From NCBI GenBank assembly GCA_903827375.1, contig CAIKHZ010000040.1, positions 470 to 64,469 of the forward strand: DNA of 64,000 nucleotides, given 5' to 3'. Each line of letters opens with the position of its first letter. Position 1 is the stretch's first letter. Made by a program: the position numbers and the translations under genes. The notes under the pieces were generated by a model. That model was not told the DNA's origin and did no database searches. It worked only from the letters and a program-made list of their open reading frames with translations. Shown here one piece after another: positions 35,038 to 44,287 of this stretch. Origin of the DNA: Akkermansiaceae bacterium (lineage in GTDB: Bacteria; Verrucomicrobiota; Verrucomicrobiia; Verrucomicrobiales; Akkermansiaceae).

Positions 35038-36900
35038 ATGACTCAAACTCAGCAAATTGTCGTCGGTATTGACCTCGGCACCACCAATTCGACCGTCGCC
35101 GTGGTTCAGGATGGCGTGCTTACCGTCATTCCAGTGCGTGGTCAGCCGACCATGCCCAGCGCCGTTGGGATCGATCCGGCCGGCCGCCTGATCGTCGGCC
35201 AAGCTGCCAAAAACCAATCTGCCTCGGCCCCTGAAGATACCGTGCTTTCGATCAAGCGACTGATGGGCACCGATCACCAAGTGGGCTTGGGCGGCAAGAC
35301 GTATCGGCCCGAGGAAATCAGTGCCTTGATCCTCGGTGAGCTGAAACAAGCCGCCGAAGCTCATCTGGGCCAAGCCGTGACCCAAGCGGTCATCACCGTG
35401 CCCGCATTTTTCAACGAGCGCCAACGACTCGCCACCCAAGACGCCGGACAACTCGCCGGCCTGGAAGTCCTTCGTATCATCAACGAACCCACTGCCGCCG
35501 CCCTTGCCTACGGGGCAGGCCAGTCCACAGGGTTCAAACACGAAACCCTCCTCGTCTATGACCTCGGTGGCGGCACCTTCGATGTTTCGGTTGTTAGAGT
35601 GGAGGACGGTATCGTCGAGGTCCGGGCCAGCCATGGTGATATCAACCTCGGCGGCGACGATTTCGATGAGGCACTGGTTTTACTAGGCGAGCAACGGCTC
35701 CGCGAGAAACACGGTGCCGCCGTTGGATTGCTGCCAGTCACTGCCCACCGTCGGCTCAAGAGCGCGATGGAAACTGCCAAAATCCAGCTCTCCGACGCGC
35801 CTTTTGCGAATGTGCGCGAGGAATATCTCACCGCCTCGTTGCATTTGGACACCGAGATTGATCGCCACGACTACGAGCGCCTGATCGATCCGTGGCTGCA
35901 CAAGACGCTCGATTGCCTCCAACGCACCTTGGCGGATGCCGGAATCACCGCCTCGGACCTCGACAAGGTCATGCTCGTCGGCGGTGCCACCCGCACTCCC
36001 GCCGTGCAGGCCTTGCTGATGCAACAGCTTGGCATGGAACCTCGCCACGAGATCGACCCGGATCTGGTGGTGGCGATGGGGGCCGCCATTCAAGGTGCAG
36101 CCCTCGCCGGCCAACCCGCCCCGGCTATCCTGGTGGATATTTCAGCCCACACATACAGCCTGCTCGTGCTCGTCGGTCACGGCATGTTCGGCGAAAAGAT
36201 CATGCAGTGCTGCCCTCTGGTTCGGCGTGGCACCGCGCTGCCGGTCGCCAAGGCGGACGTGTTCACCACCTGTACTGACAATCAAGCCGTCGTAGGCATT
36301 GAGGTATTCCAAGGTGAAAGTGAGCGCCCGGAGGACAACCTGCGGCTCGGTGAATTCGAAATCCAAGGTCTCTCCAGGGTGCCCGCCGGCAATCAGATCG
36401 TCGTCCAATTTCGCATCGACCTCAGCGGCCTGCTCACGGTTACCGCCACTGAAAAGCGCAGTGGCTTGGTCAAGTCGGTGACGATCGACACCGCCGGCCA
36501 GCACCGGATCAACCTGGATGCCGCCCGCACGAATCTGGCAGCCCTGTTCGCCGATCAAGAGGCGAGCCATCCCCAGCCCGCTGCCGAACGCTTCCGATCG
36601 CGCCCCGTCACCATCAACGACGAAGACGACGACTTCGACGATAGGGATGACGAAGACGACGAGGGAGATATCATTGATGTCGGCGATGCCCAAGAGGCCC
36701 CGGCCGGCCTCTTGGCCTCGGCCAAAAGCTTGCGCAACCGCGCGGAAAAATTGTTGAAGCGAGGCGTGGCAGAGTCTGACGCTGCGACCATCCACGCCAG
36801 TCTGGCCGAGGTGGCACCTGCCATCGAGGCGCGTGCCTGGCAATATCTGTCGGAGACGTTGGACACCCTGAGCGACCTGCTGTTTTATCTGGACGATTAG
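35038..36900 (+). CDS. Specialised Hsp70 (DnaK paralog)
   Basis: GIDLGTTNS, TVPAFF, RIINEPTAAALAYG, YDLGGGTFDVS, LGGDDFD, LVGGATRTP and FTTCTDNQ..V.IEVFQGE; the lid region is divergent and acidic. Confidence 0.92.
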   Translation: MTQTQQIVVGIDLGTTNSTVAVVQDGVLTVIPVRGQPTMPSAVGIDPAGRLIVGQAAKNQSASAPEDTVLSIKRLMGTDHQVGLGGKTYRPEEISALILGELKQAAEAHLGQAVTQAVITVPAFFNERQRLATQDAGQLAGLEVLRIINEPTAAALAYGAGQSTGFKHETLLVYDLGGGTFDVSVVRVEDGIVEVRASHGDINLGGDDFDEALVLLGEQRLREKHGAAVGLLPVTAHRRLKSAMETAKIQLSDAPFANVREEYLTASLHLDTEIDRHDYERLIDPWLHKTLDCLQRTLADAGITASDLDKVMLVGGATRTPAVQALLMQQLGMEPRHEIDPDLVVAMGAAIQGAALAGQPAPAILVDISAHTYSLLVLVGHGMFGEKIMQCCPLVRRGTALPVAKADVFTTCTDNQAVVGIEVFQGESERPEDNLRLGEFEIQGLSRVPAGNQIVVQFRIDLSGLLTVTATEKRSGLVKSVTIDTAGQHRINLDAARTNLAALFADQEASHPQPAAERFRSRPVTINDEDDDFDDRDDEDDEGDIIDVGDAQEAPAGLLASAKSLRNRAEKLLKRGVAESDAATIHASLAEVAPAIEARAWQYLSETLDTLSDLLFYLDD

Positions 36901-36906
36901 TCCGCA

Positions 36907-38160
36907 GTGAGCCCCGATTATTTTATCGATGTCCGACGGGTTTCCGTGCAGCCTGCCGGCACCACCATGTTTGTCATTTCCCTTCCAGCCCTGCTGCGCA
37001 ACACCGCGATTTTGCGCGATGTGAAGGAGGCTGCCGGCTGTCGGCTGGTGCTGGCGCTCAAGGGGTTTGCGTGCTGGAAGACGTTTCCCTATCTCCGCGA
37101 TGATCTGGACGGCTGCTGCGCCTCGGGCTTGTGGGAAGCCAGACTCGCCCGCGAGCATTTCCAAAAACATATCATCACCTATTCGCCCGCCTATGATGAG
37201 GCCGATGTGAGCGCCCTGTGCGAATTCACCGATCATCTGGATTTCAACTCGCTCTCCCAGTGGCAGCGCTTCCGCGAACAAGTGCTCGCCCACCCTCGCT
37301 TTCGCAGCGGCCACTTGCTCTGCGGATTGCGCATCAACCCTGAGTGCTCGACGGGCTCCACCCCGATGTACGACCCCTGCGCCGCAGGCTCGCGCCTCGG
37401 CATCACCGCCGACCAACTCGCGGGCACCGACCTAACAGGCATCTCCGGCCTGCACTTCCACACGCTTTGCGAGCAAAACTCGGACGACCTCGAGACCACC
37501 CTCGCCGCCGTCGATGAGAAATTCGGCCACTGGTTGCGCCAACCGCAATTCAACTATCTGAACATGGGCGGCGGCCACTGGATCACCAAACCGTTCTACG
37601 ACCGCGAGCGGCTCATTCGCATCGTCCAGCAAGCCCGCCAGCGCTTCGGAGTCGAGGTCTGGTTGGAGCCGGGCGAGGCCGTCGCCATCCACAGCGGGGT
37701 GTTGCGTGCCAGCGTCATGGATGTGATAGAATATGCCGGCCAGCGCAACGCCATCCTGAATGTGTCGGCCACCGCCCACATGCCCGATGTGCTGGAAATG
37801 CCCTACCGGCCCGACGTATTCTTGGTCGATGCCGCCCCTTGTTGTGCCCAGCCAGCTGCCCAGCCAGCAGTGCGCATCGCAGGCGAAAACTATCATCTGG
37901 CTGGCGACTCCGGGCCATGGCTTTACAGGTTGGGTGGGCCGACCTGCCTGGCCGGCGACGTCATCGGGCAGTTTGCCTTTCCGCGAGCTCTTCGAGTGGG
38001 CGACACACTGGTGTTTGACGACATGGCTCACTACACGATGGTCAAGACGACACTGTTCAATGGCGTGAAGCATCCGCCCATCGTGCTCCAGCATGCCGAC
38101 GGCCGCCTTGAAACCCTGCGCGAATTTGCCTACGAGGATTTCCAAGCTCGCCTAGCGTAG
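36907..38160 (+). CDS. nspC: Carboxynorspermidine/carboxyspermidine decarboxylase
   Basis: LALKGFA (PLP Lys), GCCASGLWEARLA, GLRINPE, YDPCAAGSRLG, GLHFHTLCEQ, NMGGGHWIT, LEPGEA and HYTMVKTTLFNG. Confidence 0.9.
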   Translation: MSPDYFIDVRRVSVQPAGTTMFVISLPALLRNTAILRDVKEAAGCRLVLALKGFACWKTFPYLRDDLDGCCASGLWEARLAREHFQKHIITYSPAYDEADVSALCEFTDHLDFNSLSQWQRFREQVLAHPRFRSGHLLCGLRINPECSTGSTPMYDPCAAGSRLGITADQLAGTDLTGISGLHFHTLCEQNSDDLETTLAAVDEKFGHWLRQPQFNYLNMGGGHWITKPFYDRERLIRIVQQARQRFGVEVWLEPGEAVAIHSGVLRASVMDVIEYAGQRNAILNVSATAHMPDVLEMPYRPDVFLVDAAPCCAQPAAQPAVRIAGENYHLAGDSGPWLYRLGGPTCLAGDVIGQFAFPRALRVGDTLVFDDMAHYTMVKTTLFNGVKHPPIVLQHADGRLETLREFAYEDFQARLA

Positions 38161-38254
38161 CCTCAGAATTCAGGGTTCGACCTCAAGATCGCCACTGGGT
38201 CAAGCAAGTTCAAATATGGGCGTGTGCTCTTATTGGCTTCCGCCCTTTCCCAAA

Positions 38255-38288
38255 TAAAGATTCCGCGTCCGAATGAACGGGCGCGGAA
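38255..38288 (-). terminator. Probable terminator of the EF-hand gene, between convergent genes
   Basis: On the minus strand TTCCGCGCCCG-TTCATT-CGGACGCGGAA followed by TCTTTATTT. Confidence 0.45.
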
Positions 38289-38317
38289 CCGATTTGAATC
38301 AGCACTCGGCTTGTTGA

Positions 38318-38689
38318 TTATTGGCCGGCAGGAGGGGCAGGTGGCGGGGTGCCTTTACCCGGGCCGCGACCTTTGCCTTTGGCACCGGCTTTATGCTCCG
38401 GACGGAACGCCTTGAATTCTTCCAGCGAGACCGTGCCATTGGCATCCGTGTCCATCTTCTTGAAGATCTCTTCAGCCTTGGCTTCGTTGCGCTTGGCCAT
38501 TGGCGAGGCTTTGAACTCATCAAGGCTCAACTGGCCATCACCATTGGTGTCGATCTTCTTGAAAACTTCTTCGGGGGGCGGACGCTTGCCTTCAGGCGCA
38601 CCTTTCGGTGGTCCTGCCGGCTTGTCTTGGGCGAACGATAGCGTGGTGGCGATGGCCAGAGCGCTGAGTGTGGCGATGGTTGCTTTCAT
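38318..38689 (-). CDS. Small exported EF-hand protein
   Basis: Signal peptide MKATIATLSALAIATTLSFA; two EF loops, DTNGDGQLSLDEF and DTDANGTVSLEEF. Confidence 0.85.
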   Translation of the reverse strand: MKATIATLSALAIATTLSFAQDKPAGPPKGAPEGKRPPPEEVFKKIDTNGDGQLSLDEFKASPMAKRNEAKAEEIFKKMDTDANGTVSLEEFKAFRPEHKAGAKGKGRGPGKGTPPPAPPAGQ

Positions 38690-38863
38690 GACTGTGCTTG
38701 TTTTCTGTTGGTTGGGTGGCGGTGGCATGGGCGCCGCTCCGCGACATGCGGGGAAACTCCACAAAGCCGTCCGAGTTGCACCAGATTTTATCAAATCTTG
38801 GTTCACTAAAATATTTTCTTCGGAGAAATTGCCCAACACAGTGGGGATTTTATGATTGAAACG

Positions 38864-38891
38864 TTGACATTTAAGCTTCCTTCAGTACCCT
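38864..38891 (+). promoter_or_regulatory. Sigma70-like promoter of the HU gene
   Basis: TTGACA (38864-38869) - 16 nt - TACCCT (38886-38891), then 6 nt to the ATG at 38898. Confidence 0.55.
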
Positions 38892-38897
38892 CGGGGC

Positions 38898-39227
38898 ATG
38901 GCAACCAAGCTCAAACCGATTAAAGAGAAACTGACCAAGACCCAAATTCTGGACCAAATCGCCGACAGCACGGGACTCGTTCGCAAACAAGTTGCGGCGG
39001 TGCTCGAGAGTCTGACCGAGGTGATCGAAGCCCACGTCAAGAAAAATGCCGTTGGTGAATTTGTGCTACCAGGCCTGCTGAAGATCAGTACCGTGCGCAA
39101 ACCGGCGGTCAAGGCGCGCAAGGGGATCAATCCCTTCACCAAGGAAGAAGTGACGTTCAAGGCCAAGGCCGCCTCAACCGCAGTGAAAGTGCGGCCCCTG
39201 AAAAAGCTTAAGGACATGGCGATCTAA
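38898..39227 (+). CDS. HU/IHF family DNA-binding protein
   Basis: LTKTQIL..IA..TGL.RKQV, GEFVLPGLLKI, ARKGINPFTKEE and KVRPLKKLKD. Confidence 0.9.
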   Translation: MATKLKPIKEKLTKTQILDQIADSTGLVRKQVAAVLESLTEVIEAHVKKNAVGEFVLPGLLKISTVRKPAVKARKGINPFTKEEVTFKAKAASTAVKVRPLKKLKDMAI

Positions 39228-39249
39228 GCGAACGCCAAGTTATCGCTAT

Positions 39250-39297
39250 TCAAACGAACAAGCCCTTCCGGAGAACCGGAAGGGCTTGTTCGTTTGA
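39250..39297. terminator. Perfect 22-bp inverted repeat; bidirectional terminator between convergent genes
   Basis: TCAAACGAACAAGCCCTTCCGG-AGAA-CCGGAAGGGCTTGTTCGTTTGA. Confidence 0.8.
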
Positions 39298-39435
39298 GTG
39301 GAGAGCTATGGGATCAAGTCCCTTGGCTTGAGAACCTACAGGGAACACTCCAGAAGCGGCTTCAGCAAGCACCCCGGGGATGAGGTGCTTGCGATGCCAG
39401 CCGCTTGCTAGAACCGAGAAGATATCTCCGAACCC

Positions 39436-42400
39436 TTATCTGGCAGTTGTGGCAGCCGGCGGGGGCACGCTGCCAGAGGCGACGGCTGGTTGTCCCTCAG
39501 CGGACATCACAACGCGGAAGCCGACGTTGTACACCGCCTGCCATGGCCGGTAGGACAAACGCGTGGCGGAGCCGGCGTGCAGCGGACGATCGAACCACGA
39601 GCCACCCCGAACGGTTTTCATGGCGTCGGATTTGGCATCGTTGCGGCCATCGGTATCCACGTACGGATACGGCCTGTACGAGGTGAGCGTCCACTCGGCG
39701 GCGTTGCCATGCATGTCCTTGAGGCCAAAGGCATTTGGCTGATAGCGGCCGACGTCGGCGGTCACTCCGCAGCCGTCGTTGAAGCGGCGGTCTCTGGGGT
39801 GCCACGGGGGAGCATCACCGCGGTCCAATTGGCTGAGCGAGGCATCGGCCAGGTTGGCGAACTTGGAGAAATCCGTGTCGCGATTGCCATAAGAATACGG
39901 CGTCTCGGTACCAGCGCGGCAGGCCCATTCCCATTGCGATTCCGTGGGCAGGGTGAATTTCTTGCCGGTCTTTTGTGAGAGCCACTTGCAGAATTCCATA
40001 GCTTCGTTCCAGGTGACGCGCACCACTGGTTGGTTAGGGTTATTGATAGAGATGCCACGTTCACCCTGATCCTTGCCAGTCATGCTGATCACACCGCTGT
40101 CATGCTTGGTATCGAAAGCGGCGTATTGGGCATTGGTTATCTCAGTGGCACCCAGATAGAACGGCTTGTCGATCTTCACTTTGGCAACCGGGACTTCATC
40201 AGCCTCACCGGCGGCGTTACCCATGACAAATTCACCCGCTGGAATCAAGGCCAGATCCAGCACCTTGGCGTCTGCCAGTTCGATCTTGAGGGTTGGTGGC
40301 AGCTTGGTGGCAGCTTGGCGTTTGGCGGCCTCGGCTGTATCAAACGGCCAGCCGGCGATGCGGATGTCTTGCTGCTGGCGGGGTGGCAACGGCGCCGGAG
40401 CAATGAACTTGATAGGCTCCTTGTTGGCCGGTTCCGGAATGGCTTCCGGATCACCGCAGCGGTTGGCATATTTCGCGAGCATGTCCATGCGCCGTTGCAT
40501 CACCGGCCGGGCACCATTGACGTGTTCGGTCCAAGTGCCGTGGTCGGGCACGTTGAGGTCGATCCAAGTGATGAGGCGATCCCAAGCCTCGGCGTCGAGC
40601 TTCACGTTGTAGTGGCCGCGTTTGAGCATTTGCATCAGTTCGCTGGTATCGACGTGATACTCCAGGGGCTTTTGCAGATGATAGTCACTTTCCGGACCCG
40701 GACGGCGCACAAACGGATGCAACGCAATGTAAGATTTAGTGAAGTTGCGCTCGCCGTTGTCTTTCTTGGCGGTGAAGTCAGCCACTGCAAGGCCGTTGAC
40801 CGGTTGGGCACCTTCCTTGTGGCAACCCACACAGTATTTGTCTAACACCGGTTGCACTTCACGTTTGAAATCGAAGCCGCGAGCCGGGCCATACCACGGG
40901 GTGATGGGAGAGGCCGGCCGCTGGCTGGCAAGGGTGGGCTTGCTCGGAGGGATCGCGTTCTGGGTGTCGTGGCAACCAATGCATGAGAAACTCTCACCAG
41001 GCATCGCCGTGTACCAACTGCGCATCAACTGGATCGCCTTGCCTTCCGCGTCTAACGGTTGAACCGCAATCGGCGTGTTGGCCGGCACCTTGAAGCTGGC
41101 CGAGCCGTCGGCCTCCACCGGCACGGTGCCGAGGATCCGATGGACGTCCCACGGGCCGTCGATGCCCACATTGATATGGCCGCCCATGCCCTGATAGGCA
41201 AAGTGGGGTTCATAGAGGCGCATTTTCTTGACGGTGCCGCGCGGCACGTCCTTGAGCCCTGGTCCCTGATAGATGTCTGCCAGATAGACAGTGGCATCGG
41301 TTTTGGTAAGATCGACGCGGTCGGGAATGACCGGTGGGCGGGTGGACTTGCGCAGAGGGATGGGTTCAAACATGACAAAGCCGTCCTGTTCCTTGATGAG
41401 GGTCATGTTGTCGAACACATCCACGAGATAGACGCCCCATTTGGCACCTTGAGTGAGTTGGCTGGAGACCAGGAAGTACTTGTCGCTGAGCGGATAGGGA
41501 TGCAGGAACTTTGGCCACGAGCCATCGCAGAGGCCGTCAGCCACGATGGGTTTGACTTCCTGGCCGGCACCGGGGATGCGTTGCACCACACCATCGGCCT
41601 CAAAGCGGCCCTTGGCGGGGTCGAACAAAATCAATTCGCCCATGCGAGGCACGCCGTGGTGGCCGGAGATGACGGAGATGAGTTTGGTTGGGTGGTTAGG
41701 CACGGGTTTGGCATAGAAGAACGAGTTAGGCCAATAGGAATTACTACCGTAGTAGGACATCTGGCCGGAGCCGTCCGGGTTCATGCGGAAGAGGATGCGG
41801 GTGAAGTAATGAGGGGTGTCAGAGTATTCCCAGCGGGTGTAGAGGACGGTGCCATCATTGAGCACGGTCGGGCACCAATCCTGGTCCTGATCGAAGCACA
41901 ACTGGCGGATGCCTGTGCCATCGGCATTCATTTTGCAGATATTGGCCACTGGGTCGCCGCCGCCCACACAGGGCACACCCTGGAAGCCGCGGGTGGAGGT
42001 GAAGAGGATTTGGCCGCTGGGCAGATAGCAAGGTTCGAAGTTGTCCACATCGGGTTCATCGCCCGGGGTCACCTGGCGAAGTCCGCTGCCATCGGCCTTG
42101 ATTTCCCAGACCTGCCAGCGGTCATTTTTGCCGGGCATCGAGAACAGCAGCTTGTCGCCGCCGAAATCCAGTTTCATGTCGCCCACAAAGCCATGGTTTT
42201 CGGGCTTCAGGAGGGTGGTGAGTGTGCCCTGCGGGCCGATTGGGGAGAGCACGTCGATTTCGTTATCGCACTGTTTGCCGATGGAGGCGTTGGATTGCCA
42301 GTTTTGCGGGAGTTCGAGGTTGTTAGCGCTGCGTTTGACCAGCAGCATTTTATCGAAATCTATCACAGGGTTGGCGAGCAATGCATCGCGCTGGAAGGTG

Positions 42401-43158
42401 GCAAACGTGTTAGCCAGTTCTTGGATGCGTTGTTTGGCCCCCTGATCACCGCCGGCCAGGGCGGTTTCCGCGTCCTTGATGGATTTTTCCAACTCGGCGA
42501 GGCGGGCTAGCAGGTCCTTACCCTTGGGGAATTTGGCACCATTGGTGGCGATCATATCTTCGAGCGCATCGCGGGTGGTTGGCACGCCGCGCAGCGCTGG
42601 AAACTCCTTGGCGCTGAGAGGTGCAAGGCGGGTTTGGCTGGAGGCAAGTGCAAAGTAGAACCCATGACTTCCGCTTTGATTGTGGATCTTGAGCAGCAAC
42701 TTGTTTTCGCCGGCTTGGAGGTCGAGGATAACGGTGGCGCTATCCGGCGAGACGCCGCGAGCGACGTCTTGGGAGAGGAGTTTTTTGGCGTTGAGCCAGA
42801 CTTCCAGTCCATCATCGCTGCCGAGACTCACGGATGCTTGGGCCGGTTTCTCAACGGTGAGCGTCCGGAACAGATAGGTCGAGACTCGCCCGTCGGCGGG
42901 CAATTCCTGAGCCTTGCCGTCGCTCCATTCAGGGTGCGCCGTCCACAGGGACTTGCCGTCGGCAGCTTTGGCTGCTAGGTCAATCCCCTTTTCCGGGAAG
43001 AACACATCACCAAATGCCTGCGCCTTCAAGGGGCCGGTTGTGTGCCACGGACCGAGCTTCACCTGTGACGTTGCCGCCAACAAGTTGCCGCTGGCCGCCG
43101 CAGTTCCTATCAAAGCCAGCACAGCGGCCTTGCCAATCATCGATTTCAAGTTTTTCAT
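39436..43158 (-). CDS. Large exported protein: PA14-like domain + beta-propeller + HzsA-middle-like domain (two CxxCH) + FGE-sulfatase (SUMF1) domain
   Basis: Signal peptide. LGSDDGLEVWLN..GENKLLLKI; NFEPCYLPSGQILFTSTR; GSASFKVPANTPIAVQPLDAEG..PGESFSCIGCH; YCVGCH; IPAGEFVMG, LPTESQWEWACRAG, PNAFGLKDMHGNAAEW and RGGSW. Confidence 0.8.
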   Translation of the reverse strand: MKNLKSMIGKAAVLALIGTAAASGNLLAATSQVKLGPWHTTGPLKAQAFGDVFFPEKGIDLAAKAADGKSLWTAHPEWSDGKAQELPADGRVSTYLFRTLTVEKPAQASVSLGSDDGLEVWLNAKKLLSQDVARGVSPDSATVILDLQAGENKLLLKIHNQSGSHGFYFALASSQTRLAPLSAKEFPALRGVPTTRDALEDMIATNGAKFPKGKDLLARLAELEKSIKDAETALAGGDQGAKQRIQELANTFATFQRDALLANPVIDFDKMLLVKRSANNLELPQNWQSNASIGKQCDNEIDVLSPIGPQGTLTTLLKPENHGFVGDMKLDFGGDKLLFSMPGKNDRWQVWEIKADGSGLRQVTPGDEPDVDNFEPCYLPSGQILFTSTRGFQGVPCVGGGDPVANICKMNADGTGIRQLCFDQDQDWCPTVLNDGTVLYTRWEYSDTPHYFTRILFRMNPDGSGQMSYYGSNSYWPNSFFYAKPVPNHPTKLISVISGHHGVPRMGELILFDPAKGRFEADGVVQRIPGAGQEVKPIVADGLCDGSWPKFLHPYPLSDKYFLVSSQLTQGAKWGVYLVDVFDNMTLIKEQDGFVMFEPIPLRKSTRPPVIPDRVDLTKTDATVYLADIYQGPGLKDVPRGTVKKMRLYEPHFAYQGMGGHINVGIDGPWDVHRILGTVPVEADGSASFKVPANTPIAVQPLDAEGKAIQLMRSWYTAMPGESFSCIGCHDTQNAIPPSKPTLASQRPASPITPWYGPARGFDFKREVQPVLDKYCVGCHKEGAQPVNGLAVADFTAKKDNGERNFTKSYIALHPFVRRPGPESDYHLQKPLEYHVDTSELMQMLKRGHYNVKLDAEAWDRLITWIDLNVPDHGTWTEHVNGARPVMQRRMDMLAKYANRCGDPEAIPEPANKEPIKFIAPAPLPPRQQQDIRIAGWPFDTAEAAKRQAATKLPPTLKIELADAKVLDLALIPAGEFVMGNAAGEADEVPVAKVKIDKPFYLGATEITNAQYAAFDTKHDSGVISMTGKDQGERGISINNPNQPVVRVTWNEAMEFCKWLSQKTGKKFTLPTESQWEWACRAGTETPYSYGNRDTDFSKFANLADASLSQLDRGDAPPWHPRDRRFNDGCGVTADVGRYQPNAFGLKDMHGNAAEWTLTSYRPYPYVDTDGRNDAKSDAMKTVRGGSWFDRPLHAGSATRLSYRPWQAVYNVGFRVVMSAEGQPAVASGSVPPPAATTAR

Positions 43159-43261
43159 AAGTAAATCTCTAGCAAACACATTCCATCTGGGAAGGAAATA
43201 CTTCCGAAGCGATGCCCCGGAAGTTTCCCATAAAATTCAGCAACAATGCTGGATCAGCGTC

Positions 43262-44263
43262 TCACCTAACCGTCAGAGCCGGTGTTTGGCAGGGAGCATT
43301 GTAGTATTCCAGCAGTTCGTCATCCATTTTGGCGGCAAACATTTGGAACCCGGCCATTTCCTGCACGGTGAGCCATTCGCCGCAATGAGATGCGGCGATG
43401 CTGATGCCCTGGGTGTCGAGGTACTTTTTGCACCCGCGCAACACGATATACATCTCCATGAGGGTGGTGGCGCCGGCACCGTTGATGACCAAAAGAAGGC
43501 GGTCGCCTGCTTTGGCTTTAACTGCGGCAACCAGACGCGAACACATCAACTCGGCCGTCTGATCGGCACTGAGGATTTTGCTAGGACCGGTGCCGGCTTC
43601 GCCGTGCTGGCCCATGCCGACTTCCATTTCATCTTCGGCGAGTTCGAAGATGGTCTGGCCGCTGGCTGGATGGGTGGCGGTGCGCATGGCAACTGCCAGA
43701 GTGGCCATGTTATCATTGAAGCGGCTGGCGATGGCATACACCTCGTCGAGGCTTTTGCCGGCTTCCGCCGCAGCTCCTGCAACCTTGTAAAGCGGGCAGC
43801 AACCGACCAAACCACGCTTGTCTTCGGCTGGAGCATCGGCTCCCGGCGCAATGTCCTCGTGAGTCACGATTTTCCGATAGAGGATCCCTTCTTGGTCAGC
43901 CATGTCGGCGGCCATGTCGGCGCTCATGACGTCCCCGGCGTGATTGAGAACGACGAAGAGGATGCCAGCATCGCGCTTGGCGAGGCGCAGCGCTTCCAAT
44001 ACCTTGGGCGGTCCCGGTGCGGCGAAGATGTCGCCGACGACGCTGAAATCCAGCGCGCCTTCCCCTACAAAGCCGCTGAGTGCGGGCTCATGGCCAGCGC
44101 CACCGAGGGTAACGATGGCGACCTTGCTGGCCGGCTTGGGCTTAGTGCGACAGACGATTTTGTCGGACTTGACGGTGACGATATCGCCGTGAGCGATGGC
44201 GAAGCCCTCAAGCAGCTCTTTGGTGAGGTCCTTGGGGTCGTTGATAAATTTTTTCATGGCCAT
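43262..44263 (-). CDS. dhaK: Dihydroxyacetone-kinase-family K subunit
   Basis: MKKFINDP, GGAGHEPA, GDIFAAP, NHAGDVM and EVGMGQHGEAG. Confidence 0.9.
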   Translation of the reverse strand: MAMKKFINDPKDLTKELLEGFAIAHGDIVTVKSDKIVCRTKPKPASKVAIVTLGGAGHEPALSGFVGEGALDFSVVGDIFAAPGPPKVLEALRLAKRDAGILFVVLNHAGDVMSADMAADMADQEGILYRKIVTHEDIAPGADAPAEDKRGLVGCCPLYKVAGAAAEAGKSLDEVYAIASRFNDNMATLAVAMRTATHPASGQTIFELAEDEMEVGMGQHGEAGTGPSKILSADQTAELMCSRLVAAVKAKAGDRLLLVINGAGATTLMEMYIVLRGCKKYLDTQGISIAASHCGEWLTVQEMAGFQMFAAKMDDELLEYYNAPCQTPALTVR

Positions 44264-44287
44264 AATGGGAATTGCAGTGGGGGTTGC

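Noticed and set aside
38173-38183. GGGTTCGACC, resembling a tRNA T-loop
   Set aside because: No pairing T-stem, D-arm or acceptor stem around it.
7440-43158. Calling the two HzsA-like genes hydrazine synthase (anammox)
   Set aside because: No hzsB/hzsC or hao-like genes are present, and the extra HEAT, PA14 and FGE domains do not fit; only the domain is shared.
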